Source: Bacillota bacterium (GTDB lineage Bacteria; Bacillota; Ch66; Ch109). From it: a stretch of DNA of 64,000 nucleotides. Shown one piece after another: positions 62,394 through 64,000 of the stretch. Under the pieces are notes generated by a model. It made no database searches. It was not told the DNA's origin and worked only from the letters and a program-made list of their open reading frames with translations. The translations under genes and the position numbers were made by a program. Every line of letters begins with the position of its first letter. Positions within the stretch are counted from its first letter, which is position 1. Location of the stretch: assembly GCA_050952625.1 (NCBI GenBank), contig JBMNLH010000001.1, positions 1,312,001-1,376,000 of the forward strand, read 5' to 3'.

Positions 62394-63305
62394 CTAATAC
62401 TCACAAGCACCGGATATCCCCGCCTTCATCACTCGTCCCGGCAACTCCCGACCGATCAACCTCTCTAACCACTGGGCCGCCTTTAATAGGCTTGTCAGGT
62501 TAACGCCGGTTTCTACGCCCATTCTTTCGCATAAATATATTAAGTCCTCGGTGGCTATATTCCCAGTTGCCTTGGGGATAAATGGGCAACCTCCTAAGCC
62601 TCCTAGAGAAGCTTCCAAGATGGTTATGCCGCTTTGCATCCCAGCGAGTGAGTTGGCTAATCCCAGACCCCGTGTATCATGAAAATGGAGAGCTAGTTCT
62701 ACCTGAGGATAATTTGCTCGGACCTGCTCAACTACTCGGGTAACCAATAACGGGTCACCCAGACCCGCTGTATCAGCTAAAGTGATCTGTTTAATGCCTA
62801 ATTCCTGAAAAACGCTAACTAACCAGAGAATCTGTTTTAGGGGAATCTTCCCCTCAAAGGGGCAGCCGAACGCTGTGGCAATGGCAGCTCGAACAACTAA
62901 GTCTGATTGAGCAGCATGCGGCACCACTTCTTCTAGTTGTTTCAGTGATTGGCTAATACTCATATTCACATTACGCTTATTATGTTCTTCACTAGCGGAA
63001 ACCACTACCTGAACCTCATCCACCCGGGCCTTCACTGCTCTTTGCACTCCTCGACTATTTCCCACTAAAGCACTAATGGTTAAATCCGGTGATCGATCAA
63101 TGCCCGCCACTACCATCTCCGCATCACGCAATTGAGGGATCGCTTTGGGATTTACAAATGAGGTTGATTCAATCAATTTAATTCCGCTGCGGATAATATG
63201 ATTGATTAATTCAATCTTTTTTTCAGTCGGAATAAATATGCTTTCCGCCTGCAGTCCGTCTCTCGGTCCTACTTCACGGATTTCGATTCTGGCGGGTAGA
63301 TTCAT
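62394..63305 (-). CDS. Hydroxymethylglutaryl-CoA lyase family protein
   Basis: EVGPRDGLQ, SFVNPKAIPQL, FGCPFEG, LADTAG, HFHDTRG, GGLGGCPF..ATGNIATEDL. Confidence 0.92.
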   Translation of the reverse strand: MNLPARIEIREVGPRDGLQAESIFIPTEKKIELINHIIRSGIKLIESTSFVNPKAIPQLRDAEMVVAGIDRSPDLTISALVGNSRGVQRAVKARVDEVQVVVSASEEHNKRNVNMSISQSLKQLEEVVPHAAQSDLVVRAAIATAFGCPFEGKIPLKQILWLVSVFQELGIKQITLADTAGLGDPLLVTRVVEQVRANYPQVELALHFHDTRGLGLANSLAGMQSGITILEASLGGLGGCPFIPKATGNIATEDLIYLCERMGVETGVNLTSLLKAAQWLERLIGRELPGRVMKAGISGACEY

Positions 63306-63430
63306 TTTTTGCCTCCTATTGACTGCTATTGGGTAATTGTTGAATTTTTGGTTTGCCATGTTGAAATTTTAAACTATTAATATTATATAATAACAGAAAA
63401 ATCAAATAACAGGTAAGTGCCTTTTTTAAA

Positions 63431-63460
63431 CTTAAGCGAACTTGTTAGCTTCACTGATCA
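63431..63460 (+). repeat. Truncated end of the three-hairpin element (copy F)
   Basis: cttaagcgaacttgttagcttcactga. Confidence 0.5.
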
Positions 63461-63567
63461 TACTCAAAACAATTAAAGGACCTGTACCTAAACTACAGGT
63501 CCCTAGTCAATTAAGACCTTTTATATTAGTCATCATCTTTTAACTGAAAAACCGGGCAAGCCCAAGA

Positions 63568-64000
63568 CTACCGCCATTTTTCTTCTGGAACACCAGCAAT
63601 CGGATACCGGGGTGTCGGGTACTTCGCTTTCCACTCATTTACGTCATAATTCTTGTAGGTCTTGATTTCACCATACTTCGGCAGATCACCAAAGTGCAGG
63701 GCAGCCGAACGGAGAGTACGACGACCAACTTTCTCCATCATGTGACCCATCTTGAAGGCGATTTCCATATTGATGCCGTGCTCGACACCCATCCCGTTAA
63801 GCATAACCAGCAGGTCTTCCATTGTGACCAGACCAACAGCATCTGGGTTGGTGTAGTAGTATTCGCCTGTACCTTTAATTGGTGTGCGATCCATAAAGTT
63901 TGCTGGTTGTCCGCCAATACCGCCAAAAGTAGCTTCTATCCGAGTAATACCAGCTTGCATCGCAGCGTAGACGTTTGCCAAGCCATATCCCCGGGTGACG
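63568..64000 (-). CDS. HMG-CoA lyase-like / DRE-TIM metallolyase, 3' part (continues beyond the window)
   Basis: VTRGYGLANVYAAMQAG, EATFGGIGGQPAN, GLVTMEDL. Confidence 0.75.
   Translation of the reverse strand, partial: VTRGYGLANVYAAMQAGITRIEATFGGIGGQPANFMDRTPIKGTGEYYYTNPDAVGLVTMEDLLVMLNGMGVEHGINMEIAFKMGHMMEKVGRRTLRSAALHFGDLPKYGEIKTYKNYDVNEWKAKYPTPRYPIAGVPEEKWR

Overview
Chromosomal segment of an anaerobic, endospore-forming Bacillota (clostridial/Peptococcaceae-like, by inference from gene content). From left to right: TetR, sirtuin, PAS-GGDEF, ectABC, a two-gene [NiFe]-hydrogenase and a rearranged spore glycosylation pair. Next comes the B. subtilis-like core (rarA | iscS-mnmA-yrrD-...-alaS-ireB-ruvX-DUF1292 ... 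mltG-U32), interrupted by a ~15 kb spore-coat block (4 CotS-family, 2 CotE-like, SpoVID-like, CotSA-like, sugar genes). The right end holds pgk and an acyl-CoA cluster (2 carboxyltransferases, acyl-CoA dehydrogenase-ETF, 2 HMG-CoA-lyase-like genes, cobO/cobC). Several genes are broken by +1 homopolymer insertions that look like sequencing errors. I saw no rRNA, tRNA, CRISPR array or transposase. The most notable unannotated signals are: (1) a two-armed, complementary 7-nt-period array between iscS and mnmA; (2) a 51-codon Rhs core remnant cut off by a 27-bp inverted repeat related to a GGGACA palindrome family; (3) a dispersed ~120-bp three-hairpin element (5 near-full copies, one forming the C-terminus of RuvX); (4) a microhomology junction fusing two 5'-truncated divergent genes; (5) a hydrogenase with a sigmaG-like promoter that lacks the canonical proton-transfer Glu. 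All calls come from reading the sequence; no searches were run.
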